Shown here in pieces: positions 34,901 through 41,496 of a stretch of 64,000 bases of DNA. The DNA lies in the IMG/VR virus record IMGVR_UViG_3300021254_000020, positions 202,421 to 266,420 of that record. One strand, given 5' to 3'. Numbering within the stretch: the stretch's first letter is position 1; every line of letters starts with the position of its first letter. This stretch comes from a virus. Taxonomy: Duplodnaviria > Caudoviricetes. The notes under the pieces are model-generated. The model did not search any database, had not been told where the DNA came from, and saw only the letters and a program-made list of their open reading frames with translations. The translations under genes and the position numbers were made by a program.

Positions 34901-36828
34901 TTATTAGTTTCACTAGTTTTGGTAGTAGATGTACCACCAATATTCTTCATAGCCTCTCTAATAAGTATGGCCCTATCACTATCGCCTTGAGCTTCTGCAA
35001 TTTTGGCTTGGGTTGCCATACTATCATACAACCCCAACTCTCTACCATTAAGGTCGCTATTAGTTGCAATCCAATTTTCTACATCTGTAAGATTACCACT
35101 AGTACGTCTCTCATACTCAGCGTGTTTAGAATTGATAACGTTGCTATTAGTACCTAAAACAATACTACGAACTTTTTGATCAGTTTCAGCTCTTTTCACT
35201 AAGTCAAAGATCAGCTTCAATACATTCTCATTATTTCCATAAACATTGTTTGGATTATTAAGAATATCTTTGTATTGTGCATTATCTCCGACACCTACCC
35301 CTAATCCACCTTGTTTCTGAACTCCTAATGCGAAGTCTTTAATAAGAGCATTTAACTCTTCTACATTCTTCTTAGAATTAGGATCTTTCAAGTCTATATT
35401 AAGAGTAGAATAGAGAGATTGTTTTAAATAGTTCTGAAGCTCTGCTGTATTTGCATCTGCTAATTCTTGTTCATGTTGACGATATTTTTGACTCATCATA
35501 CTAGCAGTAGTCCACTTACCAGTATCGGTAGAGAAATGTCTAGCTTCATTACCATTAAGAGCTGATTCGATATTTGCTAAGTAACTTGGAATAACTTTAG
35601 TCAGAAAATGGTGATCTTCAGCATCCCACTGTCTAGGCCCCTTTAGAGCGTTACTCATGTCAACAGTTCTTACATCAACACTTTTAGTCTGGATACCAAA
35701 GATTTTACCAATCTCTCCTAACAGACCTGACTCAGAACTGTTACCCCAATTAGCTAACTTAGCCAAACCAGTCTGCAGCATCCCTGTAATATTCTTATCG
35801 AATCCCTTCATTGCACCTCTAAGAGCAGGTCCAAGGAATCCCTTAAACAGTTCTTTGGTTGCAAAATGAACTGGATTAGCAACGATTCCGGCAATCATAG
35901 CAGGGATACCTGCTAGCATCATACCAGCTAATCCAAAAATGCTATCATCAAAATTAGATTTGATTACATTCAGATATTCTTTTAAATCAAAGGCTCCACC
36001 ATTACCGAATGGATTCTTCGGTCTACCTTCAGTATCTGCACCAGTCTCATTCTTAAATTGAGCTCTCTTCATTTCAATGAACTCTTTTAAGATAGCATTG
36101 TTCTCTGTAGCTAGCCTATGCATCTCAGTATAATACTGCTGACTATTCTTTGCGTGCTGTAAGATGACTTCTTGATTAAACTGCATTATATTGTTAAACC
36201 CTTCGGTCATCTTTCCAAAACCTTGAACCATAGTATGGGTTTGACGTTCCATCATCCGATTCTGTATATTGGAAATAGTACGCTGAGTAGCCATTTGAGC
36301 TTCGGCTATTCTAGTCTGAGCATCTACAGAAGCATGAGTTGCTCTTCTCTGTTCTCTAGCCATAGTAGTAGCTACTACAGCATCTCCTGTAGTTATAGTA
36401 GTCTCAGGCTTGACCGGCATATCCTCCATCTCTTCTGGAGTTAATTCATCATCCCCATTAAGAAGATCCATCAAATCTTCCATGCCCTCTTCTGCTAAGA
36501 GAGCTTTCATCATATCCTGAGCGCCTTGTTCTTCTGCTTTTGAAGCTCTGTCAGGATGATAGAAATTACCAGATCTAAGATCAGCCTTTAGATTCTTCAT
36601 CAGCTGATTAGCAGGTTTGAAGAGATAAGTATCTTGCATATTTTTCAGCTTCTGCATCTGGGTCTTAGATTGAGTAATATCCTTAAATAAATCTTTGGCT
36701 GTCTGTGCATTATTTTCTATAAGAGAACTAGTAATGGGCATAGTCTCTTTAATAGCATCAAAGGCACCGAATGCCATAGACTTACCAACTCTTTTAGTAT
36801 ACTCTAAAATGGATGGCATTTTAGCCAT
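19906..36828 (-). CDS. giant tape-measure protein with multiple peptidoglycan-hydrolase domains
   Basis: 5640 aa. Long helical A/G/K-rich N-terminal part with hydrophobic GxxxG segments. C-terminal modules: C39-like (SSACAAY..HY..D), GH73 glucosaminidase (AQMSLETG..HNYGG..GYYTAD), CHAP/NlpC-like (GCTEFV..HGHV), phage-tail lysozyme (AGILGNFMAESS..GYGLAQWT), Amidase_2 (IIVHHT..IGYHF..GSHA..HKE..CPG). Late motif at 36854-36867. Confidence 0.85.
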   Translation of the reverse strand: MAKMPSILEYTKRVGKSMAFGAFDAIKETMPITSSLIENNAQTAKDLFKDITQSKTQMQKLKNMQDTYLFKPANQLMKNLKADLRSGNFYHPDRASKAEEQGAQDMMKALLAEEGMEDLMDLLNGDDELTPEEMEDMPVKPETTITTGDAVVATTMAREQRRATHASVDAQTRIAEAQMATQRTISNIQNRMMERQTHTMVQGFGKMTEGFNNIMQFNQEVILQHAKNSQQYYTEMHRLATENNAILKEFIEMKRAQFKNETGADTEGRPKNPFGNGGAFDLKEYLNVIKSNFDDSIFGLAGMMLAGIPAMIAGIVANPVHFATKELFKGFLGPALRGAMKGFDKNITGMLQTGLAKLANWGNSSESGLLGEIGKIFGIQTKSVDVRTVDMSNALKGPRQWDAEDHHFLTKVIPSYLANIESALNGNEARHFSTDTGKWTTASMMSQKYRQHEQELADANTAELQNYLKQSLYSTLNIDLKDPNSKKNVEELNALIKDFALGVQKQGGLGVGVGDNAQYKDILNNPNNVYGNNENVLKLIFDLVKRAETDQKVRSIVLGTNSNVINSKHAEYERRTSGNLTDVENWIATNSDLNGRELGLYDSMATQAKIAEAQGDSDRAILIREAMKNIGGTSTTKTSETNNTRVIGGIRQTDNIVNSRNRNEMSLLDWQSRIYDVLCQIRDTRSLGKPGKGKRKKGKRNNRPNGGGGGSSSGGDDDGGDGDGGGNGDDEYSRMLHLLDSVGALDKYTLTREGAIVRNATYDVLNAREYGIKNNARTSMNVGNIDNVLHKQGSDEFNTFRTEMNRNWEKAQKGPRDYQMEYDTSITDSILGSDVSVDEINKKLNKIKGVNAKDPFFKQLAAAGTLGDKMGVISANINKLLASPRAMFTSVLTSADQMMYELLFGKDTDEIGSDGKPIKGFFGKMIHEMDKAGITLSDAISDVANKINDNKGKWWGQAKGFVKDNFNLDIDDFTAKAKDKLSFFGNNAKNSAKSILDDVKNSIKGTYTDIKEGKFNQQNKEEAPETEGESNIPGRAFGQFPAIVSKGEAVFNSDGSGTTNVTKSGVTTIDDDSVVIPSDQNPWNPSRMSANPMADYQNENRIRNRITSRISGSNGDGYSKNLPGFAEGKENLVSYLFKKISPDELAGAISPVQSLLQKYGLDPNLAIDLVADYAGGKAGGFINKLDLTPDDKEMLNNALQYVWHSPAIRNNPNLQRFAEKAIRAGGYEGKLDSNEEMLNQDYSRQTGIANGMQQFALQATGTDPAKALEETKKYIIHNTPELMKGGMAGALLGTVFPLGGPLFGAAAGAAVSLLSNNKSFMDYMFGEEIVDANGNKTGERKENGLISAKFVKSLEKYVPDAKKYGIAGTLLGAVTGFGPLGGLMMGIAGSYIKNNESANKFIFGDKGGLLNKDRKQAIKKAFPNIAAGVLSTFFLGPFGLLGNAVFGAGLGLLSTTELFKKTLLGAKDKNGVRHGGLAGAIRRHITNPLKKNMDKMKKDFGKWFRDDVTKPLGRGLKPVADEVKNILKKGSKSVLDTIEGVLRGSGGSTMEKILDFTFGGVRKAGGFGKWVAQNTVGRAVGGVASLVEGFGNRLRSAQLGNAEITDKSAAELSAELKERGIKDNKMGVGYDVISHLGRDEVTNEAKNLRALAEFYDKGTGNASKRKEGEIFSNLQSTISKITENPEYTENATLVHSDLMDLAEKLRSGDDSEKINVGDELERIMRNSNFSIQDRKELEELFKSSNESFAGIREGRKWREDGDSEVVKKSLKRIREKYFNNSIDEDDLIKMLPNLAELLENENANRDKVKGRYAEDIAKAGGVMDASMFDPEKDLELKVKEMQATAENTDALNYLTATLRGENPTKFAKSLDLVKDMRGISYAKQKSSAYLNEGLRRGQESTNAEYNANIDKLHGVNAFQTVQGLTEEAGDYVLNSKHRNKFGESFIQLNKALERGNTAIVEDFDKLFKLDPTGQAFSRIADLTILGLQIDPDQYKDIAELNDDGFKTAVEFVKMQIPVKDFSIFKDLEPAVAQNMIKFAAAQVTLEDGSVTTIGQQMIADEIQKLWTEGEHREGLAYKAGLDSSFSWVDEYSNPKNPNYHVFQNSITKSTEDRNSIKNQYKQGGMSGLEFDAITNGTTNAEIGALTGKYNGVVGAAQTVGKKALGLSKWAANKALDIGIWGADKATGRMKLGSNLAAAGRTGYAIATSPQFSQDLGALYGRKAWNATVGDKIIEKVSTMLGDNVESMIIAAMYHPEETYEIAEAIYNKELNVEDGLSKFKELIGSSREMLAEDSMTSAQKRAKELEENDVSGKISELEEKLKDPNLSKKEKRSLRKELRKAKGMPQHAWGKAISTGAKAFEKGGWKGVAKGLFGGTLLGSLFGGDDDEEEKEKEKKDESNSADAEQDTAGGISSDAATAAGAAIGAIHSGNTVMGSAMSAPLKRGETMIIPTAYGPKTFTTSSTDGGMMAAHTKDNSEVDAKEQADIDRKERSLTALEKISNKLGNAGKKVKGAAKAAGGGLLDSLLGLAGLPFKVLGGLVDSLGALPFIGPLFLAVLGPIKNTFGKLAGKLGAEAAEDTAKAGAKAGAKAGAKSGGLVKGVIKTIFGSKVGKVLALAAAFLGYNLYDDAKAEASASSSSDKDNEDKKEAQKAKPGKRKDDSVSASGIYDDITGKDYENKGFIGKTVDNFLTPFGKAWETFKDHPILSTLGVTAGGAALAGLNGWRKGSTTGVGNAIVKGLPKFGKLGKALAIGAGALGIGSAAKAVYDNSERAQHIKGDTLFNIRAYPEAYDKFGELSYKEQAQCDAYMAAGKKPEEILNWLERVRRLNHGKRLGEDEKGNSNARTKNDETLSSAGDTLKSGGRSLAISVASDKAARLWTKAPEGSFKHSLVSGGLATAYKFADGDYEGAADAGLGFAKNVGLTYASNKAFNWGIDKANRYADNAVQDLVNKYNSKPEFQKGVKDLVKKGMTPEAAQRKLAQDFAEKEGIKVFSKQGIAKGIRKVGEAASHLGTWGKAAAVGTGVIGGSYIMNTDEGAEDEAKNSIKQLGGNIVGAKAGEMLGARLGGGWKSRILGAVIGGQAGGMAMGGDFSVSDMVIDTGIAGVSTYMDWRKKGAAPSSIPDDVRAKISPEQLDKLDKATEQIKAKEVRKAEIEKELKDPATSKSKARKLNAEMKTLNNDISKLTNKSKSIIGAAEKAAGKTATKAAETAKDATKAVQAGEKAAADAAKSSTSFMEKTSKTFKDAKDVITSKASNIATTAKTGIKDAAKAAEEVAENKGLITKIKEVIGYIRDGAAKYIPGGDKWKKGINVLCDAFEKHILSKQTFETVKKKVAQQASRFIPVIGWVLTAAFVASGVYEGLVHTEEILSIPPGTATLGMKAFAAILGVITAAPIFGLVPAKTWVDIAMKVCDAFDFGAEDLRKLRKQKEKDDKLTKDMADDKLVAKQNDYLQQQQTAHRKDGDWDKNISDSVRKDIDQRVKTTAEKHKDDPNFDKKKYEEMHKKSISEQVAITKKAGEDAVNKMQGNDKPQGKSLVRRGLDWASEKWDSFWGNDKNKDTHGGKFGNGKFGRGEEVPDYNKIDPQNDSITVIKAKQAAQEKAKAEAKIAESKPVTAEPVSKPIVAEQTSKPTTPEPVSKPTPATPDYNKIDPQNDSITVIKAKQAAQEKAKAEAKIAESKPVTAEPVSKPTKAVPEYNKIDKQNDSLTVVKAKQAAQEKIKSEFKSAQESAPIAKDQRPIARQDVGPLANKRFNTSQDTSKETVSSSACAAYSLENAFNGLEGQDPSGKRIGSLVKESLRFKHKDDGVDPGFIHKAATSRGYEAKDVNKSEFANAINSGKKVIGMGQSNKPGGPWGPGMHYEQFEKGSKPGYAKVYDSEESQVREYPIKDISNGMTNAVSLSKGTKDKRGVFTSNLTKMRRKAFMKGKGKYPWWFGRGKDFMNPEEIAIEISKNTKLPPELIWAQMSLETGHFESDLAKEHNYGGVKSAEGDAGFNNPRTQDNYTWTVTGEDNRHHSFFDNDQSFVNYMSWYYPRYKDEGLLEAKSPAEWAAALKRGGYYTADEGQYASNIEGIIKGDPEAVKRLQENRPSDAAPLSMTGGSGSKGGNASGSSRGGGNGGLLGAFWDAVKALLPGSMVGYVFGNDAFGSNGGSTGSSSSSGPYSSFGGGNIAEASKWAKSMEGTTGYGNNGCTEFVKRYLKKAGHKLGDYMEDCSPIQEEVKAAASHIPPSVDNTKAVTLMWVPTLEQWAKDKGYFKDASQGGAEGDVCICNDHGHVIIADGQGGYWGNSSSKNKIVHGDSISGHYSSVQGYIATGSGNSVVSNDATTRTQAEMNADAGSSNAGVGQGKYGRGSQDSTMMQDLAMANSMDPIKDISAQLKPTTNFGETKAERTYAFGQGKYGREKSTGNDGGKLWTYMKSKGLSNQTTAGILGNFMAESSLYSDRLQNHDPSNGSDNCPVDGVTGYGLAQWTSDDRQQRLKDFAKSQGTQDSDWKTQIDYMLSGKDGNVKDMFATMDSQSPEDAAITFHDQFERSADDAQKKQRRAVFAREFYDKEGQGVSSDSSFSGGTNGSSGSSAKKDAGLMGWFKTELDKQISSSPAGAIWRAVYGSPNSSGNSGSSGGANAAAGSSLAGVKETGLTFSGELEKRSATNRIIVHHTGPGDDKTDPDAKTIHGWHQKNGWSGIGYHFVIRKDGSIERGRPEEMVGSHAQGSNSDSIGIHVGGAFEEYQPTEAQIGSLINLIRDLCKKYNIPVDRKHVIGHKEVNETSCPGANLYSKLDDIVKKASSGGVKNASVPQTTNPATPASSNTAAESKKEDAVATSSGGDEGKVDKNGNADIYSQEHDFVKQNNANGTVFSKNDIDYLVNQGYSTSEAVQYLRSQGQGKYGRGKYGRGAWDQAKNGIKAVAGPAAEAILDDPLVSAGMTLAGMTNPLGVAVNGASMVADSAERVQEEIENGNYHVNDYNADSYDDPSSNEYPQGKYGRGKFGRGGAYFGFTIFADGMPRDASKITITRDVESQCGVTLSNSSFVKGGRWKGFFKHGPKGEQESKELAGKVAQVLSQHGVSVVDTKFSTGNLPGTTVSPTIAPASTAAQAQTASPATNTPTSDTANNGVYKSNLAKMREQAFINKSATPAAVPQVPKAEPTVPSANPTNNGVYESTLTKMRRQAFIKEAPAAQATPVQEPVKTAAAVPPVPKAEPVPPSQVIKPEAKKATEFSDPTILGKAAGPTPNPANAEQKKEEAVKDKPKSDAKKQRGIGGWFNRIAGTVRDFFSGGKREESTTQAPYGVGPNGLPYTKNDVDYLLKQGYTKEQAIDILSKDKRYTQKTSKSDAKKQRGIGGWFNRIAGTVRDIFSGANRNAKVTETEASYGVGPNGLPYTKNDVDYLLKQGYTKEQAIDILSKDKRYTQKTSKDGDKTAPYGVGPNGLPYTKNDVDYLLKQGYTKEQAIDILSKDKRYTKKLTPREKAKVTAKTGRPMDPFSQIFNNIANIFNPTRASMQEAINLGNTAKSQTSNTSMIIGDESSGTSEEDTTNTSTTVNKVTGASRVPVRTTATQKVAEAPTNFTELLEEQKKTNSLLEGILKAIVANGQGTTKQTTPNVPGMSVFGGNSGYMAELNGKSYTPIAKSLDWISEPK
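20440..21075 (-). repeat. intragenic repeats in tape measure C-terminus
   Basis: Three near-identical copies of YGVGPNGLPYTKNDVDYLLKQGYTKEQAIDILSKDKRYT and two of KSDAKKQRGIGGWFNRIAGTVRD, visible at DNA level. Confidence 0.9.
25665..26097 (-). repeat. intragenic repeats in tape measure
   Basis: Three copies of P(D/E)YNKID(P/K)QNDS.TV.KAKQAAQEK; two are almost DNA-identical. Confidence 0.9.
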
Positions 36829-36853
36829 ATCTAATCACCCTCCTTTCGTCTCA

Positions 36854-36867
36854 ATTATAGCTATGTC
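36854..36867 (-). promoter_or_regulatory. late-type promoter motif GACA-N6-TAAT
   Basis: GACAtagctaTAAT upstream of the tape measure RBS; terminator hairpin at 36880-36908 just upstream. Confidence 0.7.
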
Positions 36868-36922
36868 GAGGCAGTAAAATCTCCCTAGGACCTTAAATCC
36901 TAGGGAGAAAAGGAGTGTATAT

Positions 36923-37537
36923 TTAATGAATTACAAACCAGCAAAAAACAATACCAGTACCAACGCCTCCACAGAAATAAATAAGTCTATGATATTCTAC
37001 AGCAAAATCTAAATCCTTTTTGCTATAAATAGGCTTATCAGGATCTGCATCTAAGATCTCATCTAACTCATCATCAATCTGATTGTTGCTCTCTTTCGTT
37101 TTCTTCTCGTTCTCCATCTCTTGAGCCCCTAGAGATTCTGACTTCTTCGATTCTCCAGGGGCATTCAGATTTGGGTTATCGGCCTCTAGTTCTAAGGTTA
37201 TATGAGTATCATTGGTACCTTCACCGATCTCCTTAATAGCGTTAGATAGATTCTGTAATCGTACAGCAGTCCAACCAGAATGGTCTAAAATATATTTGAT
37301 TCTCTGATAATAAGCATCAGTTTCCTCGTGTATGTTTTGGGCCTGACATACTGCATTGGTGATAGCCTCATTAGCTTGGTTGATCTGCATTATAGCTTGA
37401 GCTATTCGTGCTTCTATTACTGGTACGTTTAATCTCTTTAACTTCTTATCAAAGTCCATGACTTTCTTAATCAGCATAAGAGATATTACTGACAGAAATA
37501 TCACCATTATCCATACAGAATCAATGGTTATTTCCAT
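36923..37537 (-). CDS. membrane protein with coiled coil
   Basis: N- and C-terminal hydrophobic segments flanking a helical region; GAGGTG RBS. Confidence 0.75.
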   Translation of the reverse strand: MEITIDSVWIMVIFLSVISLMLIKKVMDFDKKLKRLNVPVIEARIAQAIMQINQANEAITNAVCQAQNIHEETDAYYQRIKYILDHSGWTAVRLQNLSNAIKEIGEGTNDTHITLELEADNPNLNAPGESKKSESLGAQEMENEKKTKESNNQIDDELDEILDADPDKPIYSKKDLDFAVEYHRLIYFCGGVGTGIVFCWFVIH

Positions 37538-37548
37538 AATAAATCACC

Positions 37549-37734
37549 TCACAGATTAGGATCGCCAACATTGTTACCATGATCATCTGGTTTCCAGGAA
37601 CTGGGGATGTGCTCTACAGGAACGTTTGGATGTTTTATTTTCTTATTGAAATTATACACCTGTTTTGCTAATAGCATAACTATTCCGAATAGAACCATTA
37701 TTACAGCCCAAAGAGGATCAATAATTATTTCCAT
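37549..37734 (-). CDS. small membrane protein (duplication-derived chimera)
   Basis: N-terminus parallels 36923 (MEI.ID..W..), C-terminus parallels the end of 37746 (NNVG.PNL). Confidence 0.6.
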   Translation of the reverse strand: MEIIIDPLWAVIMVLFGIVMLLAKQVYNFNKKIKHPNVPVEHIPSSWKPDDHGNNVGDPNL

Positions 37735-37745
37735 AATAAATCACC

Positions 37746-39272
37746 TCACAGATTAGGACCGCCAACATTGTTTACCCTAATCATCTGCTCTCCAGGAGCT
37801 GGAGTATACTTAGCTGGTTGGACTTTAGGAGTCTTGTCAAGAACCAATGTCTTCTTAGCCTTAGGAGTGTTCTTACCAGCTATGATAACTTCTGAGCTAG
37901 AGTTCATACCTCTCTCTTCCAAGAACTTACGTTTAGCTGCATCCCCTACGAAAGCAGTATCTGGGAGGGTTATATTTACATGGTCAGATCTGCATCCCAA
38001 ATTGGTAGCAGATTCTGGTTGATACGGTTCGTCTAGAACCGTGACTTCGAATGTCTTGTAGTTATATACTACATTCTCGATCATAAGAGTATAAGCAGCA
38101 CGATTAAGAAGAATATCGTCGTGGTGATCATTTATATTGATATAACGATGTACTCCTTTGTGAGTGATATTAAATTGAGCTTCAGTATCGCCTTTAGAGA
38201 TAGAGCAATTAGCTCTAGTCCGTAATTTCTCCATCTCAATATTCTTCTCAATCTCACCTGAGCTGAGGGATACAGCTTGAGTAGGTTTAGCAACCTTCTT
38301 CTCAACTACTTTAGCCGATTCTGTCTTTTCATTAAGAAACCTAGGCTCTATCCTTGATTTAGGATCAAATTTAGGAAGTTCCGCTACTTCAGGCTTGGTC
38401 GATTCAAAGTACTCCTCTCTAGTTATCGGTTTAACAGTCTCATTATTTTCAGCAGACTTGGTACTCTCTAGAATCTCCTCTTTAGTCATCTTTCTAATAT
38501 AATCATCAGGATCGTATTTGATTGCGACTAGTTTTGGTTCTTCTTGAACTTGATCGAACTTATATTCAGGATTGTGTCTTTCCGTAGAGATAATAGGAGG
38601 AAGTTTCGATTTCTCTTTTACTTCCTCGACTTTTTCCTTCTCCGGTTTAACCACCAGTTTACTAGTCTCGTTGGAATTATCTTGTCTAGAATCGACGCAG
38701 TTATTATGTGTCGTAGCTCGATCCCTTCCATCTTCAACCAATATATCATGATTGTTGTCATTTGTCTTGGAGACACTATTCTGTACTCTTCCGTAAGGGC
38801 TCCCATTTTTGATAGTTGCGCTTTGGCTATTAGTGGCTTCATGCCAAAATCTGCTTTGCTTTTCAACTAGATCCCTCGCTTTCCACTTGTTTGAGATCAA
38901 TCTCTCAATATATTTTCTCTTACTCATCGAGAGGGAAATAAAGGTTACTCTGAATTGGTAACTAAGTGTACCATCTTTACGGTTGATAAATATCTTCCAA
39001 CCAAAAGCCAGAGAATCATCTGTGAGGAATCCTACTTCTTTAGCAGATATAGAGAAGGAGAGAGTATTTGGATATAACTCATTATGCGGAGAAGGAATAT
39101 TCTCATTGATAACTTTAGTCATGTGAGTAACTACATTATCATATGCTGGTACTATACCTCCATATACCTCTAATTCAGGAATTATCTTGATTAATTCCTC
39201 ATATCCTCTAGGAAAGTTATCGAACTCCTTTATATAAGTAAAGGTAGGATTTTTATCTCTTTTATTACCCAT
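37746..39272 (-). CDS. hypothetical protein
   Basis: 508-aa ORF with AAGGAG RBS and a K/E-rich central linker. Confidence 0.8.
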   Translation of the reverse strand: MGNKRDKNPTFTYIKEFDNFPRGYEELIKIIPELEVYGGIVPAYDNVVTHMTKVINENIPSPHNELYPNTLSFSISAKEVGFLTDDSLAFGWKIFINRKDGTLSYQFRVTFISLSMSKRKYIERLISNKWKARDLVEKQSRFWHEATNSQSATIKNGSPYGRVQNSVSKTNDNNHDILVEDGRDRATTHNNCVDSRQDNSNETSKLVVKPEKEKVEEVKEKSKLPPIISTERHNPEYKFDQVQEEPKLVAIKYDPDDYIRKMTKEEILESTKSAENNETVKPITREEYFESTKPEVAELPKFDPKSRIEPRFLNEKTESAKVVEKKVAKPTQAVSLSSGEIEKNIEMEKLRTRANCSISKGDTEAQFNITHKGVHRYININDHHDDILLNRAAYTLMIENVVYNYKTFEVTVLDEPYQPESATNLGCRSDHVNITLPDTAFVGDAAKRKFLEERGMNSSSEVIIAGKNTPKAKKTLVLDKTPKVQPAKYTPAPGEQMIRVNNVGGPNL

Positions 39273-39298
39273 TACAGATCTGTCTCCTTTCAGCCTGT

Positions 39299-40696
39299 TT
39301 ATTTTAAATTTTCGTTCTGTTGAATTAGCTTTCCAGCATCTTCAAGATTATCTACTTTGATAGGTTCTGGGTTGACAACAACCTCTTCATCTACATTGTC
39401 TATATCTACTTCAAACATCAACGGGTCTGTATCTTTTTTCGGAATATCACCGCGCCGGGCATCTGCTGCATAATTGATGAACTTCTCTCTGTCCTCATCA
39501 TTATGTATAACCAGGTCCATAGTCTCATTAGCTGCTAAACGAATCTCTTTTTGAGCTGATGAATGACAACGGAGCTGTAAGAACTTAGCCCAGTTAGTAT
39601 AGGTCATAGTCATAAGCAGTTGAGTAGTTACATTGCTAGGCAACCATGCTCTAGCATCTTCTTTGGTTATCTTATTACTGATTAGATATTTATACATAAT
39701 GAAGGGATCATTCTCTTTAATCTTCTCACGTACGTATCCAAAGTAAGGATGATCTTTATAACGTTCACTATAGTTCATGATTATAGGATCTACAAAGTCT
39801 ACCTTCTTATTATAATCATGAGTTACATAGCGTTGACTCTCTTGAGAAATACCATTACGATGACGAACCAACTGATGAGAACATGTACGGCTGATATCAT
39901 GGAAGCGGAAAGTAAGAGTAGCTACCTTGTAGGTATCATTTAAACCAAATCCATATTCATATAGAATATCTCTAATCTTCTTAAGAGGAGATTGATAAAC
40001 GAGATCAACTCGTTCTCCTTCTATCTCTTCTGGATCAGTATATTCACATTCAGCAGTATAGTTATCAGTACTATCCTTGGATTCTCTAGGATTCTTAACC
40101 TGAGTAATTTCATCCTTAGTGAGTTTGATATCCCCATCACCAAGATAAGTACACTTATCTTCTGCTAAGTAACAGTGTTCAATAGCACTAATGAGGAAGC
40201 ACTTCTCATAAGTATGATACATTGCCTCTTCAATCCAAGGGAGGAATCGATTATCATATTTTACTTCTCTTAAGAGATGCAGCCAAGCTCGTGCACTACC
40301 ACCAATAAGGAGTGCTGTTGCATCCACACTCTCTCTAACAGATACATTGCAGTATTTAGCCTGAGCAAGGATATCAGCGAAGTCTGCAGGATACAGAGAG
40401 ATATTATGATTAGGAATAGAGAGGATAACAATAGCATTGGTGTGTTCCATTACCGATTCGTGTCCTCTACGAGCTACCTTCTCAATATATTTCATTCTAG
40501 CTTCATTATCACCTTCTATTGGAAGTTTACCAATGCAAATTCTAGCCCCTCTATTGGCTAGATATACATTTGGGTTTACATGCACCACTCTTAGCATATC
40601 GTCATGATATGGAATAAAAGTATCTTCCACAGGCTTAATAGTAGTAGTATTAGAACTACCAAAAATTTTGTTCATTAGATCTTTTAAGATACCCAT
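39299..40696 (-). CDS. thyX: flavin-dependent thymidylate synthase (extended form)
   Basis: RRGHESVMEH, SRTCSHQLVRHR..SQESQRY, KEDARAWLP, FLQLR..SAQKEIR; ATG at 40696 fits the GGAG RBS. Confidence 0.92.
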   Translation of the reverse strand: MGILKDLMNKIFGSSNTTTIKPVEDTFIPYHDDMLRVVHVNPNVYLANRGARICIGKLPIEGDNEARMKYIEKVARRGHESVMEHTNAIVILSIPNHNISLYPADFADILAQAKYCNVSVRESVDATALLIGGSARAWLHLLREVKYDNRFLPWIEEAMYHTYEKCFLISAIEHCYLAEDKCTYLGDGDIKLTKDEITQVKNPRESKDSTDNYTAECEYTDPEEIEGERVDLVYQSPLKKIRDILYEYGFGLNDTYKVATLTFRFHDISRTCSHQLVRHRNGISQESQRYVTHDYNKKVDFVDPIIMNYSERYKDHPYFGYVREKIKENDPFIMYKYLISNKITKEDARAWLPSNVTTQLLMTMTYTNWAKFLQLRCHSSAQKEIRLAANETMDLVIHNDEDREKFINYAADARRGDIPKKDTDPLMFEVDIDNVDEEVVVNPEPIKVDNLEDAGKLIQQNENLK

Positions 40697-40845
40697 TGTC
40701 AACACTCCTTTGAGTATTATATAGAACCGTTTATATCTATTATCTTGTCAATTATAATAGAAAAAATAACAAGGGAGTCAAAAAAAATTTGGCCCACTAG
40801 GGGCCAAAATTATTATAAACTGTTTTTCATATATATGTAGTAGTA

Positions 40846-41022
40846 TCAGTGTTTTACAATCTGATCAGCTACGAACTGGTACCCTTTGTATAACCCGTAT
40901 AATCCTACAATTGTAAAGGTGGCTATAATACCTCCTCTGGTCTCAGCATCTCTAATTTGCTGATGCATAGCTTCCTTGAGTTCCTGAGCATTCTGGATTC
41001 CGTTATAAGTTTTCTGGCACAT
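40846..41022 (-). CDS. small membrane protein (58 aa, not in ORF track)
   Basis: Read manually: MCQKTYNG...GGIIATFTIVGLYGLYKGY...KH*; GGGG RBS; last gene of the operon, hairpin at 40785-40810. Confidence 0.6.
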   Translation of the reverse strand: MCQKTYNGIQNAQELKEAMHQQIRDAETRGGIIATFTIVGLYGLYKGYQFVADQIVKH

Positions 41023-41038
41023 AAGTCATACCCCTTTC

Positions 41039-41290
41039 TTATTTGCTTTCTACGCTTTTCTTATTCTGGCTTTCAACGAATTCATCAACCATCTGGTCAA
41101 CTTCTTTTGCTGCTTCAGCGTACAACTCATTTTTGGCTTCGTCCACTGCAGCACCAAATCGACCCATTGCCCAAATAGTAGCGACACCAGTAGCGATAAT
41201 CAAACCAACTTTTACTATAATTTCTTTCCCAGAAGGTTCCGGAGCTACCTTGACAATTGGATTCTGAACTTTGTAATTGAACTTTAACAT
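41039..41290 (-). CDS. small membrane protein
   Basis: IIVKVGLIIATGVATIWAM transmembrane segment. Confidence 0.7.
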   Translation of the reverse strand: MLKFNYKVQNPIVKVAPEPSGKEIIVKVGLIIATGVATIWAMGRFGAAVDEAKNELYAEAAKEVDQMVDEFVESQNKKSVESK

Positions 41291-41310
41291 GATTAATTAC
41301 CCCTTTCTAA

Positions 41311-41496
41311 TTATGCATTATTTTCTTTTGCTGGGAGAACTTTTGCCATTAAAAAGCTTCCTAACGCAGTACCAACGGCGCAGGCCATACCTGCAATGAA
41401 ATTGTCTTTAGCAATAATGAACTCGGCTTTGGATTTCTTTCCACCAGGAAGATTTGCTTTGAACTTTTCCCACTTGGTTTCTTTTTTCCAGAACAT
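41311..41496 (-). CDS. small membrane protein
   Basis: FIAGMACAVGTALGSFLM segment; GGAGG RBS; early-like motif at 41583-41591. Confidence 0.7.
   Translation of the reverse strand: MFWKKETKWEKFKANLPGGKKSKAEFIIAKDNFIAGMACAVGTALGSFLMAKVLPAKENNA

Noticed and set aside
20018-36877. Many short ORFs within the tape measure gene (similar ones lie within the RNAP and 60309 genes)
   Set aside because: Shadow or alternative-frame ORFs of long genes, without RBS or recognisable motifs.
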